A DNA stretch of 13,994 nucleotides from Candidatus Eiseniibacteriota bacterium (GTDB lineage Bacteria; Eisenbacteria; RBG-16-71-46; DASYSL01), in NCBI GenBank assembly GCA_046598045.1, contig JBKJJJ010000035.1, positions 1 to 13,994 on the forward strand. The letters run 5' to 3'. Under the pieces are notes generated by a model that was not told the origin of the DNA, made no database searches, and saw nothing but the letters and a program-made list of their open reading frames with translations. Positions 1-7,194 of this stretch are shown here, one piece after another (position 1 is the stretch's first letter; every line of letters starts with the position of its first letter). A program made the translations under genes and the position numbers.

Positions 1-2
1 GG

Positions 3-908
3 AAGCCTTCGAACGACGGCTTCCTCGCGCAGCACGGCAAGCGCTTCAAGCCCGACTCGGTGCTGGTCTCCGACACGATCTGGCTCGCGGCCGGCAAACC
101 CGCGGTGCCGTACGGCCTGCGCGGGCTCGCGGGCGCGCTGCTCAAGTTGCGCACGGCCGCGAAGGACGCGCACTCGGGCCTGACCGGCGGCGCGGCGCGC
201 AACCCGATCCTGGAGCTCGCCGACGTGGTATCGAAGTGCGTGAACGCGCAGACCGGCGAGATCCTGATCGAGGGCTTCGACAGGACGTGGCAGCCCGTGA
301 GCAAGGAAGAGGCGAAGGACTTCATCGACAGCGGCTTCTCGGTCGAGTCTTTCAAGCGCGCGCACCAGCTCGAGCGGTTGCGCTCCGAGGACGCCGCCGA
401 GGTCACGCAGCGCATCTGGGGCCGTCCGACATTCGAGGTGCACGGCATCGCGGGCGGCTACCAGGACGAGGGCATCAAGACCGTGGTCCCGCCGTGGGGC
501 GAGGCCAAGGTGTCGATGCGGCTCGTGCCGCCGCAGGACCCGGACGAGTGCGTCGCGCTGCTCGCCGCGCACGTCAAGAAGCTCAACCCCGACGTCGAGG
601 TCACGTACGAGAAGGGCCTGCGCGCATACGCCGGCCAGCGCTCGGGACCGTACGCCGACGCTGCCTCCGACGCGCTGGATTTCGGGTTCGGCGCCCGCCC
701 GGCGTTCGTGCGCGAAGGCGGATCGATCGGGGCGGTGCTCTCGATGGCCGAGGCATGGAACGTGCCGATCACGCTCCTGGGCCTGTCGTTGCCCGAGGAT
801 GGCTACCACGGGCCGAACGAATCCTATGCCTGGGGCCAGGCGCGCGGCGGAATGCTGACCTTCCTTCGGTATTTCGAGCGGGTGGCGGCGCTCGGCAGGA
901 ATTCCTGA
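3..908 (+). CDS. M20/M25/M40 family metallopeptidase (dipeptidase-like), 5'-partial
   Basis: Frame is open from position 3 (KPSNDGFLAQHGKRFKPDSVLVSDT...), so the start is outside the window. M20 dipeptidase motifs: SDT, DAHSGLTGGAARNP, RPTFEVHGIAGGYQDEGIKTVVP, AKVSMRLVP, REGGSI, and C-terminal metal-ligand HGPNE. Stop TGA 906-908. Confidence 0.92.
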   Translation, partial: KPSNDGFLAQHGKRFKPDSVLVSDTIWLAAGKPAVPYGLRGLAGALLKLRTAAKDAHSGLTGGAARNPILELADVVSKCVNAQTGEILIEGFDRTWQPVSKEEAKDFIDSGFSVESFKRAHQLERLRSEDAAEVTQRIWGRPTFEVHGIAGGYQDEGIKTVVPPWGEAKVSMRLVPPQDPDECVALLAAHVKKLNPDVEVTYEKGLRAYAGQRSGPYADAASDALDFGFGARPAFVREGGSIGAVLSMAEAWNVPITLLGLSLPEDGYHGPNESYAWGQARGGMLTFLRYFERVAALGRNS

Positions 909-920
909 CAACGAAGCCCG

Positions 921-949
921 TGGACGCCGACCCGCCGCTCGACGACAAT
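921..949 (+). promoter_or_regulatory. Putative sigma70-type promoter for the 1029-7194 operon
   Basis: TGGACG (921-926), 17-nt spacer, GACAAT (944-949); each box matches 4/6 of TTGACA/TATAAT. Lies in the 120-nt gap before the operon. Pattern match only. Confidence 0.35.
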
Positions 950-1028
950 CCCTGTTCGGGCGCGCCAAGACCCCCGCGGATCCACCCTGGGTCGTCCCGC
1001 GTCGCCGCCGAAGGTTCGAGGTCCGATC

Positions 1029-1343
1029 ATGGCTGAAGTCTCGTTCCGCATCGATCCCATCCATCTCGAGCAGATGAACCGCCGCATCGGCGAGTATCTC
1101 GGGCTCAACTACGAGCGCTCGACGCTGGCGCGCATCCTCGAGGAATACGAGGAGCTCGAGGCCGAGGAGGAGCGCACCTGGGACATCACGGTCCGCTGGA
1201 ACGGCCGCGACATGCACCTCGAGTACCGGATCTCGCTCGATGCCAACGAGGAGCCCGAGGTGTCCCTCGAAGGGCCCGACGGGTTCATCGAAGAGCTCGA
1301 CGAGGAGGTCGTGCAGCCGGTGCTGGAGGAGTACGAAGGATGA
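1029..1343 (+). CDS. Hypothetical highly acidic small protein (104 aa)
   Basis: ATG preceded by GAGG at 1018-1021; strong GC3 codon bias; stop overlaps the next start (ATGA 1340-1343). Hand count: 24 Glu + 6 Asp versus 9 Arg and 0 Lys. No family recognised. Confidence 0.8.
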   Translation: MAEVSFRIDPIHLEQMNRRIGEYLGLNYERSTLARILEEYEELEAEEERTWDITVRWNGRDMHLEYRISLDANEEPEVSLEGPDGFIEELDEEVVQPVLEEYEG

Positions 1344-2077
1344 CCTCCCGCTTCGCGCGTATCTCGCTGCCGCTCGCCTCCGCCCTGTTGCTCGTGTTCG
1401 CCGGCGCGTTCGCCGCGAGCGCGAAGGACGAGAAGCCGGCAAAGGCGAAGAAGAACCAGGCCACGATCGCCCCCGGCTTCGCCGCCTACGGCGTGATCAC
1501 GGTCGGCATGGCGCCGGTGACCTCGATCGACCACGTCGAGGAGAACGAGAAGCTCTTCCGCCAGGCGATCGAGCCCGGGTTCGGCCTCCTGAACCGCTAC
1601 AAGTTCCAGGGCGCGTCGTTCTTCATGGACGCCGTGCGCAAGGGCGGCGCGGCCGACGCGTTGACGGCGATCGAGAAGGCCGCGCAGGCGGGGCAGCCGG
1701 CGGATAGCGCCGCGGTCGCGCTCGTGCGCAGCAAGACCTCCGTGCAGGCCGTGCTGTTCTCGCGGCTGTCGACGTGGACGCGCCTGGTGGTCGATCCCTC
1801 GACCCGCGGGCAGTCGTTCACGCAGGTGGGCGGCGACTTCGTGCTGGTGTCGCTCGAGGACGGCGCGCTCCTGTGGCGCGGGTCGTTCCTCGAGAAGGGC
1901 GACGGCCCCTACAACGACCCCGGCGCCGGCGAGGTCACCGAGCGCGACGCGGGCGGCAACTCGACGGCGCGCCAGGCGCAGCTCGAGCCGCCGTCGTATC
2001 GCGAGATGCTCGAGAAGCTCGCGCACCGCGCGGCCGCGACGCTGCCGCCCGCGCCCGCCGCCCGACCGGCGCCCTGA
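1340..2077 (+). CDS. Exported hypothetical protein (245 aa), possibly LpoB/CsgG/DUF799-like fold
   Basis: Sec-type signal peptide MTSRFARISLPLASALLLVFAGAFAASA|KDEK with no lipobox Cys. Coupled to both neighbours. Pattern AVLFSRLSTW...VGGDFVLVSLEDGALLWRGS followed by a C-terminal helix resembles that fold class (inference). Confidence 0.75.
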   Translation: MTSRFARISLPLASALLLVFAGAFAASAKDEKPAKAKKNQATIAPGFAAYGVITVGMAPVTSIDHVEENEKLFRQAIEPGFGLLNRYKFQGASFFMDAVRKGGAADALTAIEKAAQAGQPADSAAVALVRSKTSVQAVLFSRLSTWTRLVVDPSTRGQSFTQVGGDFVLVSLEDGALLWRGSFLEKGDGPYNDPGAGEVTERDAGGNSTARQAQLEPPSYREMLEKLAHRAAATLPPAPAARPAP

Positions 2078-2078
2078 C

Positions 2079-2555
2079 ATGCCGTTTTTCCTCAAGGACG
2101 ACGAGGACGCGATGCGCGCCGCGCTCGCCGAGGCCAGGAAGGCGCTCGACGAGGGCGAGGTGCCCGTCGGTTGCGTCGTCGTCCATGAGGGCGCGGTGAT
2201 CGGCCGGGGCCACAACCAGGTCGAGCGCATGAAGGATGCCACCGCCCACGCCGAGATCGTCGCGATCGGCGCGGCCTCGACGGCGCTCGACTCATGGCGG
2301 CTGGCCGAGTGCACGCTCCTCGTCACGCTCGAGCCCTGCGCCATGTGCGCGGGCGCGATCGTGCTCGCGCGCGTGGGCCGCGTGGTCTACGGCGCGCTCG
2401 ATCCCAAGGCCGGCGCGTGTGGATCGGTGCTCAACGTGATCGACCAGCCCGGGCTCAACCACGCGCCCGCGGTGACGTCGGGCGTGCTCGCCGACGAGGC
2501 GGGCGCGATGCTGACCGCGTTCTTCGACCACAAGCGCCGCGCGGCGGCGCACTGA
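2079..2555 (+). CDS. tadA: tRNA-specific adenosine(34) deaminase
   Basis: AMRAALAEA..A..EGEVPVG, GHN, zinc motifs HAE and TLEPCAMCAGAI, YGALDPKAGACGS, LNH..VTSGVLADE...LTAFF; 158 aa, canonical TadA length. Confidence 0.93.
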   Translation: MPFFLKDDEDAMRAALAEARKALDEGEVPVGCVVVHEGAVIGRGHNQVERMKDATAHAEIVAIGAASTALDSWRLAECTLLVTLEPCAMCAGAIVLARVGRVVYGALDPKAGACGSVLNVIDQPGLNHAPAVTSGVLADEAGAMLTAFFDHKRRAAAH

Positions 2556-2556
2556 C

Positions 2557-3105
2557 ATGGCGCTCCACTTCAACGTCGAGCTCAAGGCGCGGTGCAAGGA
2601 TCCGGAGCGCGTGCGCGCGATCCTCGAGGCGGCGGGGGCGGAGTTCAAGGGCGTCGACGACCAGCGCGACACCTACTTCAAGGTGCCGCATGGCCGGCTC
2701 AAGCTGCGCCGGGGCACGATCGAGCGCGCGCTCATCCACTACGAGCGCCCGAACTCGGCCGGGGTCAAGCCCTCGCAGGTCAGCATGGCGCGCCTCGAGG
2801 CCGTGGACGAGCGCACGCTCGACGACGTCGAGGCCGCGCTCACGAAGGCGCTCGGCATCAAGTCGGTCGTGGGCAAGCGGCGCGAGATCCGCTTCGTCGG
2901 CAACGTGAAATTCCATCTCGACGAGGTGCCCGGGCTGGGCGCGTTCGTCGAGATCGAGGCGATCGAGTCCGCGCAAGCGGGCGACGAGGCGACGCTGCAC
3001 GCGCAGTGCGAGGAGTGGCGTCAGCGCCTCGGAATCGAGACCGAAGACCTGGTGGCGGCGTCGTACAGTGAGCTGGTGTCGTCTTCCCCCCGGAGGCACC
3101 CTTGA
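2557..3105 (+). CDS. CYTH-domain triphosphate tunnel metalloenzyme (class IV adenylate cyclase/CyaB-like)
   Basis: NVELKAR, QRDTYF, RLKLR, LIHYER, KRREI, HLDEVPGLGAFVEIE and C-terminal SY motif. The real substrate cannot be read from sequence, so no gene symbol is given. Confidence 0.9.
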   Translation: MALHFNVELKARCKDPERVRAILEAAGAEFKGVDDQRDTYFKVPHGRLKLRRGTIERALIHYERPNSAGVKPSQVSMARLEAVDERTLDDVEAALTKALGIKSVVGKRREIRFVGNVKFHLDEVPGLGAFVEIEAIESAQAGDEATLHAQCEEWRQRLGIETEDLVAASYSELVSSSPRRHP

Positions 3106-4445
3106 GCGAACCATTGGACGTGTCCCAGCACCTCGGCTCCCTTGGGCCCGGGCGCGCCGCCGGCATGGCGCAGGGCCTGATCGGCTCGGAAATCCTCAAG
3201 ATCGGGGCCGACATCCGGGCCGCGATGGCGCGGGGCGAGCAGGTCGCGAACCTGACCGTGGGCGACTTCAGTCCGCGCGAGTTCAGAATCCCCGAGGCGC
3301 TCGAGCGGCGCGTCGCTGAGGCCTATGCGGCGGGGGAGACGAACTACCCGCCGTCGGACGGCGTGGGCGCGCTGCGCGAGGCCGTGCGGTCGTTCTACGC
3401 GCGCCGGCTCGGCCTCGAGTATCCGCTGTCCTCGATCCTCATCGCGGGCGGCGGCCGGCCGCTGATCTACGGAGCCTACCGCGCACTCGTCGATCCGGGC
3501 GACCGCGTCGTGTTCCCGGTGCCATCTTGGAACAACAACCACTACGTGCACATGACGGGCGCCGTCGGCGTGCCCGTGGTGTGCGGGCCGGAGACGCACT
3601 TCCTCCCCACGCGCGCGCAGCTCGAGCCGCTGGTTGCGGGCGCGCGCCTGATCGCGCTGTGCTCGCCGCTCAACCCGACGGGTACGCTGTTCGACGCCGC
3701 GCAGCTCGCGGGCATCTGCGACCTCGTGCTCGAGGAGAACGCGCGCCGCGGCCCGGGCGAGCGGCCTCTGTTCCTGCTCTATGACCAGATCTACTGGATG
3801 CTCACGTTCGGCGACGCGCGCCACCACACGCCGGTCGCGCTGCGCCCCGAGATGGTGCGCTACACCGTGTTCGTCGACGGCGTCTCGAAGGCGTTCGCCG
3901 CCACGGGTGTGCGCGTCGGCTGGACCGCCGGTCCGCCCGACGTGATCGAGCGCATGGCCGGCCTGCTCGGCCACGTCGGCGCCTGGGCGCCGCGGCCCGA
4001 GCAGGTCGCCGTTGCCGGCCTGCTCGCCGATGACGCGGCGATCGACGCCTACCACGCGACCATGAAGCACGGCGTCGAGGCGCGGTTGACCGCGCTCTAC
4101 GCGGGTCTCGCGGCGCTCGAGGCGCAGGGCCTGCCCGTGAGCGCGATCCCGCCGCGCGCGGCGATCTACCTGACCGCGAACTTCGACCTGATCGGAGCGC
4201 GCACGCCCGACGGGCACACCATCGCGAGCGGCGAGGATGTCCGGCAATACCTGCTCACCGCGGCCGGTGTCGCGGTCGTCCCGTTCTCGGCGTTCGGCGC
4301 CGCGGACACGTCGGGCTGGTGCCGGCTCTCGGTCGGCGCGGTGTCGCCCGACGAGATTGCGGCGCTCGTCCCGCGACTCTTAGGCGCCCTCAAGGCGCTC
4401 GTGCGCGTGAGCGAGAGAACCGGCGTTCCCGGAGCCTCGAGGTGA
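3102..4445 (+). CDS. PLP-dependent aminotransferase class I/II (aspartate aminotransferase-like)
   Basis: TTG start overlaps the upstream TGA, with GGAGG at 3092-3096. Motifs NLTVGDF, TNYPPSDG..LREAV, CSPLNPTGT, YDQIY, PLP-lysine SKAFAATGVRVGW, and WCRLSVG. Confidence 0.92.
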   Translation: MSEPLDVSQHLGSLGPGRAAGMAQGLIGSEILKIGADIRAAMARGEQVANLTVGDFSPREFRIPEALERRVAEAYAAGETNYPPSDGVGALREAVRSFYARRLGLEYPLSSILIAGGGRPLIYGAYRALVDPGDRVVFPVPSWNNNHYVHMTGAVGVPVVCGPETHFLPTRAQLEPLVAGARLIALCSPLNPTGTLFDAAQLAGICDLVLEENARRGPGERPLFLLYDQIYWMLTFGDARHHTPVALRPEMVRYTVFVDGVSKAFAATGVRVGWTAGPPDVIERMAGLLGHVGAWAPRPEQVAVAGLLADDAAIDAYHATMKHGVEARLTALYAGLAALEAQGLPVSAIPPRAAIYLTANFDLIGARTPDGHTIASGEDVRQYLLTAAGVAVVPFSAFGAADTSGWCRLSVGAVSPDEIAALVPRLLGALKALVRVSERTGVPGASR

Positions 4446-6580
4446 ATGCGAACCTCGCCCGCGTGCTGCTCATGACGATCCCGCCGATGATCGCCGGCCA
4501 AGCCCGCGCCGAGGGGGCGCCGCGCTTCACGTACCCGCTGACGCCGGTGCACGCGGTCACCGACACGCTGCACGGCGACGCGATCGTCGACCCGTATCGC
4601 TGGCTCGAGAAGGGCGACGACCCGGCGGTCGAGGCGTGGACCGACGCGCAGAACGCGTTCACGAAGGAGACGCTCGCGAAGTGGCCCGGCCGCGCGGCGC
4701 TGACCGAGCGCTACCGCAAGCTGTTCGCGGTCACCACCGCGACCAGCGTCGGGGTTTACGGCAAGCGCGTGTTCGTCGAGCGCAAGGACGGCCTCCAGAA
4801 TCAGCCCGTGTACGAGGTGCACGAGGGCGCGTGGGATGCGCCCGCGAAGATCGCGATCGATCCCAACACGTTTCGCGCCGACGGCACGGTGGCGATGGAC
4901 TGGCAGTACCCGAGCCCCGACGGCGCGCTCGTGGCCTACGGCAAGTCCGAGGGCGGGAGCGAGCACTCGACGCTCTACGTGCGCGACGTGCGCAGTGGCA
5001 AGGATCTCTCCGAGGCGATCCCGAACACGCAGGCGTGCTCGGTCGCGTGGGACCCCGACGGACGCGGCTTCCATTACACGCGCCATCCCGAGAAGGGCGA
5101 GGTGCCCGCCGGTGAGGAACTGTTCTACCAGCGCGTGTTCCACCACCGCCTGGGCGACGATCCCAAGAACGATCCCATGACCTGGTCGGGCGAGGGCGCG
5201 CCGATCCAGGAGTTTCGCGACGTGTACGGTTCGAGCGACCACGCGTGGCTGTTCATCTCGGTCAGCACCGACTGGGCGAAGAACGACCTGTACGTGCGCT
5301 CGGCCGGGACCGCGGACCGCTTCCTGCCCGTCGCGCAGGGGCTCGAGGGCCGCACGGACGGCGACGCCGCGCACGGCGAGCTGTTCCTCCGTACCAACGT
5401 CGGCGCCGAGCGCTACCGGATCGTCAGGGCCGCCCCCGGCGCCCGCGGCCCCGAGGACTGGCAGGTGGTCGTGCCCGAGCAGAAGGGCGTGCTCATGTCC
5501 TTCCTCATCGCGGGCGACCGCCTGATCGTGAACGTGAGCGAGAACGCGACCTCGCAGGTGAAGATCTTCGGCCTCGACGGCTCGTTGCAGCGCGAGGTCA
5601 CGCTGCCCTCGCTCGGCACGGTCGACGGCCTCGCCGGCGAGCCCGGAGGCAAGGAGTTCTTCTTCCGCTTCACCTCGTTCGCGAACCCGAGCATGATCTA
5701 CCGCTACGACATGACGAAGGGCACGCTCGCCCCGATCGCGCGCCGCGAGCTGCCGTTCAACCCGGCGGCGTACGAGAGCCGGCAGGTGTGGGTCACCTCG
5801 AAGGACGGCACCCAGGTGCCGATGTTTCTCGTCCACAAGAAGGGGCTCACGCTCGACGGCAAGCGCCCGACCATCCTCTACGGCTACGGTGGCTTCGAGG
5901 TCAGCGAGACCCCCGAGTTTCGTGCCGCGCTCATGCCGTGGCTCGACGCGGGCGGCGTGTGGTGCGACGCGAACCTGAGGGGCGGCGGCGAGTTCGGCCG
6001 CGCGTGGCACGAGGCCGGCCGGCTCGAGCAGAAGCAGAATGTGTTCGACGACTACTACGCGTGCGCCGAGTGGCTGGTCGCGCACGGGGTCACGACCGCG
6101 TCCCGGCTTGCGACCCACGGCGGATCGAACGGCGGCCTGCTCGTCGGCGCCGCGATCACGCAGCGGCCCGAGCTGTGGGGCGCCGCGGTGTGCGAGGTGC
6201 CGCTGCTCGACATGCTGCGCTACCAGGACTTCTCGATCGCGCGCTACTGGATCCCCGAGTACGGATCCTCCGAGGACGCCGCGCAGTACAAGTTCCTGCG
6301 CGCGTACTCGCCCTACCAGAACGTCAAACCGGGCCTGACCTACCCGCCGACGCTGTTCACGGCCGGCGCGTCCGACGCGCGCGTGGACGCGCTCCACGCC
6401 CGGAAGATGGCCGCGCTGCTGCAGGCCGATGGCGCGGGCGGGCCGTTCCTGCTGCGGGTCGAGGACCGCGCGGGGCACGGGCAGGGCAAGCCCACGACCA
6501 AGCGCATCGACGCCGCGGTCGACGTCTACGGATTCTTGATGAGCCGCTTCGACATGCCGTCCACTCCCACGCTCCCCTGA
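4442..6580 (+). CDS. Prolyl oligopeptidase (peptidase S9A), probably exported
   Basis: Likely start GTG 4442 overlaps the upstream TGA (GTGA), with GGAG at 4431-4434. Possible signal peptide ending AGQARA|EG. Motifs DPYRWLE, beta-propeller region, SKDGTQVPMF, LYGYGGF, NLRGGGEFG..WH, catalytic GGSNGG (Ser), DARV (Asp), AGHG (His). Confidence 0.95.
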   Translation: MNANLARVLLMTIPPMIAGQARAEGAPRFTYPLTPVHAVTDTLHGDAIVDPYRWLEKGDDPAVEAWTDAQNAFTKETLAKWPGRAALTERYRKLFAVTTATSVGVYGKRVFVERKDGLQNQPVYEVHEGAWDAPAKIAIDPNTFRADGTVAMDWQYPSPDGALVAYGKSEGGSEHSTLYVRDVRSGKDLSEAIPNTQACSVAWDPDGRGFHYTRHPEKGEVPAGEELFYQRVFHHRLGDDPKNDPMTWSGEGAPIQEFRDVYGSSDHAWLFISVSTDWAKNDLYVRSAGTADRFLPVAQGLEGRTDGDAAHGELFLRTNVGAERYRIVRAAPGARGPEDWQVVVPEQKGVLMSFLIAGDRLIVNVSENATSQVKIFGLDGSLQREVTLPSLGTVDGLAGEPGGKEFFFRFTSFANPSMIYRYDMTKGTLAPIARRELPFNPAAYESRQVWVTSKDGTQVPMFLVHKKGLTLDGKRPTILYGYGGFEVSETPEFRAALMPWLDAGGVWCDANLRGGGEFGRAWHEAGRLEQKQNVFDDYYACAEWLVAHGVTTASRLATHGGSNGGLLVGAAITQRPELWGAAVCEVPLLDMLRYQDFSIARYWIPEYGSSEDAAQYKFLRAYSPYQNVKPGLTYPPTLFTAGASDARVDALHARKMAALLQADGAGGPFLLRVEDRAGHGQGKPTTKRIDAAVDVYGFLMSRFDMPSTPTLP

Positions 6581-6600
6581 CCTGGTTCGGAGGCCCGCCC

Positions 6601-7194
6601 ATGTCCCAAGCCCTGAGCTACGCCGACCTCGCGCGCCCCACCGCGCGCCGGTCCGCGCTGGCGTACGACCTCGGATTGATCGCGCTCGGCTCGGCCCTTG
6701 TCGCGATCGCGGCCACCGTCTCGGTGCGCCTGCCATTCACGCCCGTGCCGTGGACCATGCAGCCGCTCGCCGTGCTGCTCGTCGGCGCCCTCCTGGGCTC
6801 GCGCCGCGGCGCCGCCGCGATGCTCGCCTACCTCGCCGAGGGGCTCTCTGGGTTGCCGGTGTTCGCGGATGGATCGTTCGGACCCGGCCCGTTGATGGGT
6901 CCCACGGGCGGCTATCTCGTGGGCTTCGTCGCCGCTGCCTGGGTGGTGGGGGCGCTCGCCGAGCGCGGCTGGGACCGGCACTTCCTCTCGACCTGGGCCG
7001 CGATGGCGCTCGGCTCGCTCACGCTGTTCGCGTTCGGGCTGCCGTGGCTCGCGCAGTTCACGGGCTGGAACGCGGTGCTCGCGGCCGGGCTCTGGCCGTT
7101 CGTGCCGGGTGACCTGCTCAAGCAGGTGCTCGCGGCGCTTTTGCTGCCCGGGGCGTGGAAGCTGGCGCAGCGCGCGGGTTGGATGCGGGGTTAA
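6601..7194 (+). CDS. bioY: Biotin transporter BioY (ECF S-component)
   Basis: ATG 6601 with GGAGG at 6589-6593; 197-aa hydrophobic protein with PFTPVPWTMQ..AVLLVGALLG..RG, YLAEGLSGLPVFA, GPTGGYLVGF and PFVPGDLLK signatures. It is the C-terminal part of the 5245..7194 track ORF. Confidence 0.93.
   Translation: MSQALSYADLARPTARRSALAYDLGLIALGSALVAIAATVSVRLPFTPVPWTMQPLAVLLVGALLGSRRGAAAMLAYLAEGLSGLPVFADGSFGPGPLMGPTGGYLVGFVAAAWVVGALAERGWDRHFLSTWAAMALGSLTLFAFGLPWLAQFTGWNAVLAAGLWPFVPGDLLKQVLAALLLPGAWKLAQRAGWMRG

Noticed and set aside
1029..2555. Deaminase toxin plus acidic immunity protein, or an anti-phage deaminase system
   Set aside because: The deaminase has all canonical TadA features and normal length, with no secretion or toxin-delivery domain. 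No defence or mobile genes are nearby.
4319..4441. Track-predicted upstream starts (4319 for S9A; likewise 8666 for FG-GAP, 9887 for the barrel, 60 and 13972 for the edge genes)
   Set aside because: Better starts with RBS and signal peptide exist at 4442, 8633 and 9980. The two edge genes stay open to the window boundary and are partial.
5245..6600. Apparent 649-aa fusion ORF ending in BioY
   Set aside because: The first ~450 codons are an out-of-frame shadow of the prolyl oligopeptidase. BioY has its own GGAGG RBS and ATG at 6601.
4166..6736. 856-aa antisense ORF, and similar long shadow ORFs (1109..2344 -, 3021..4247 -, 7155..8600 +, 8630..9892 -, 12114..13793 -, 10749..12041 -, 8752..9912 +)
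   Set aside because: They overlap genes with clear family motifs and are Arg/Gly/Ala-rich without motifs. Long stop-free alternative frames are expected with strong GC3 bias.
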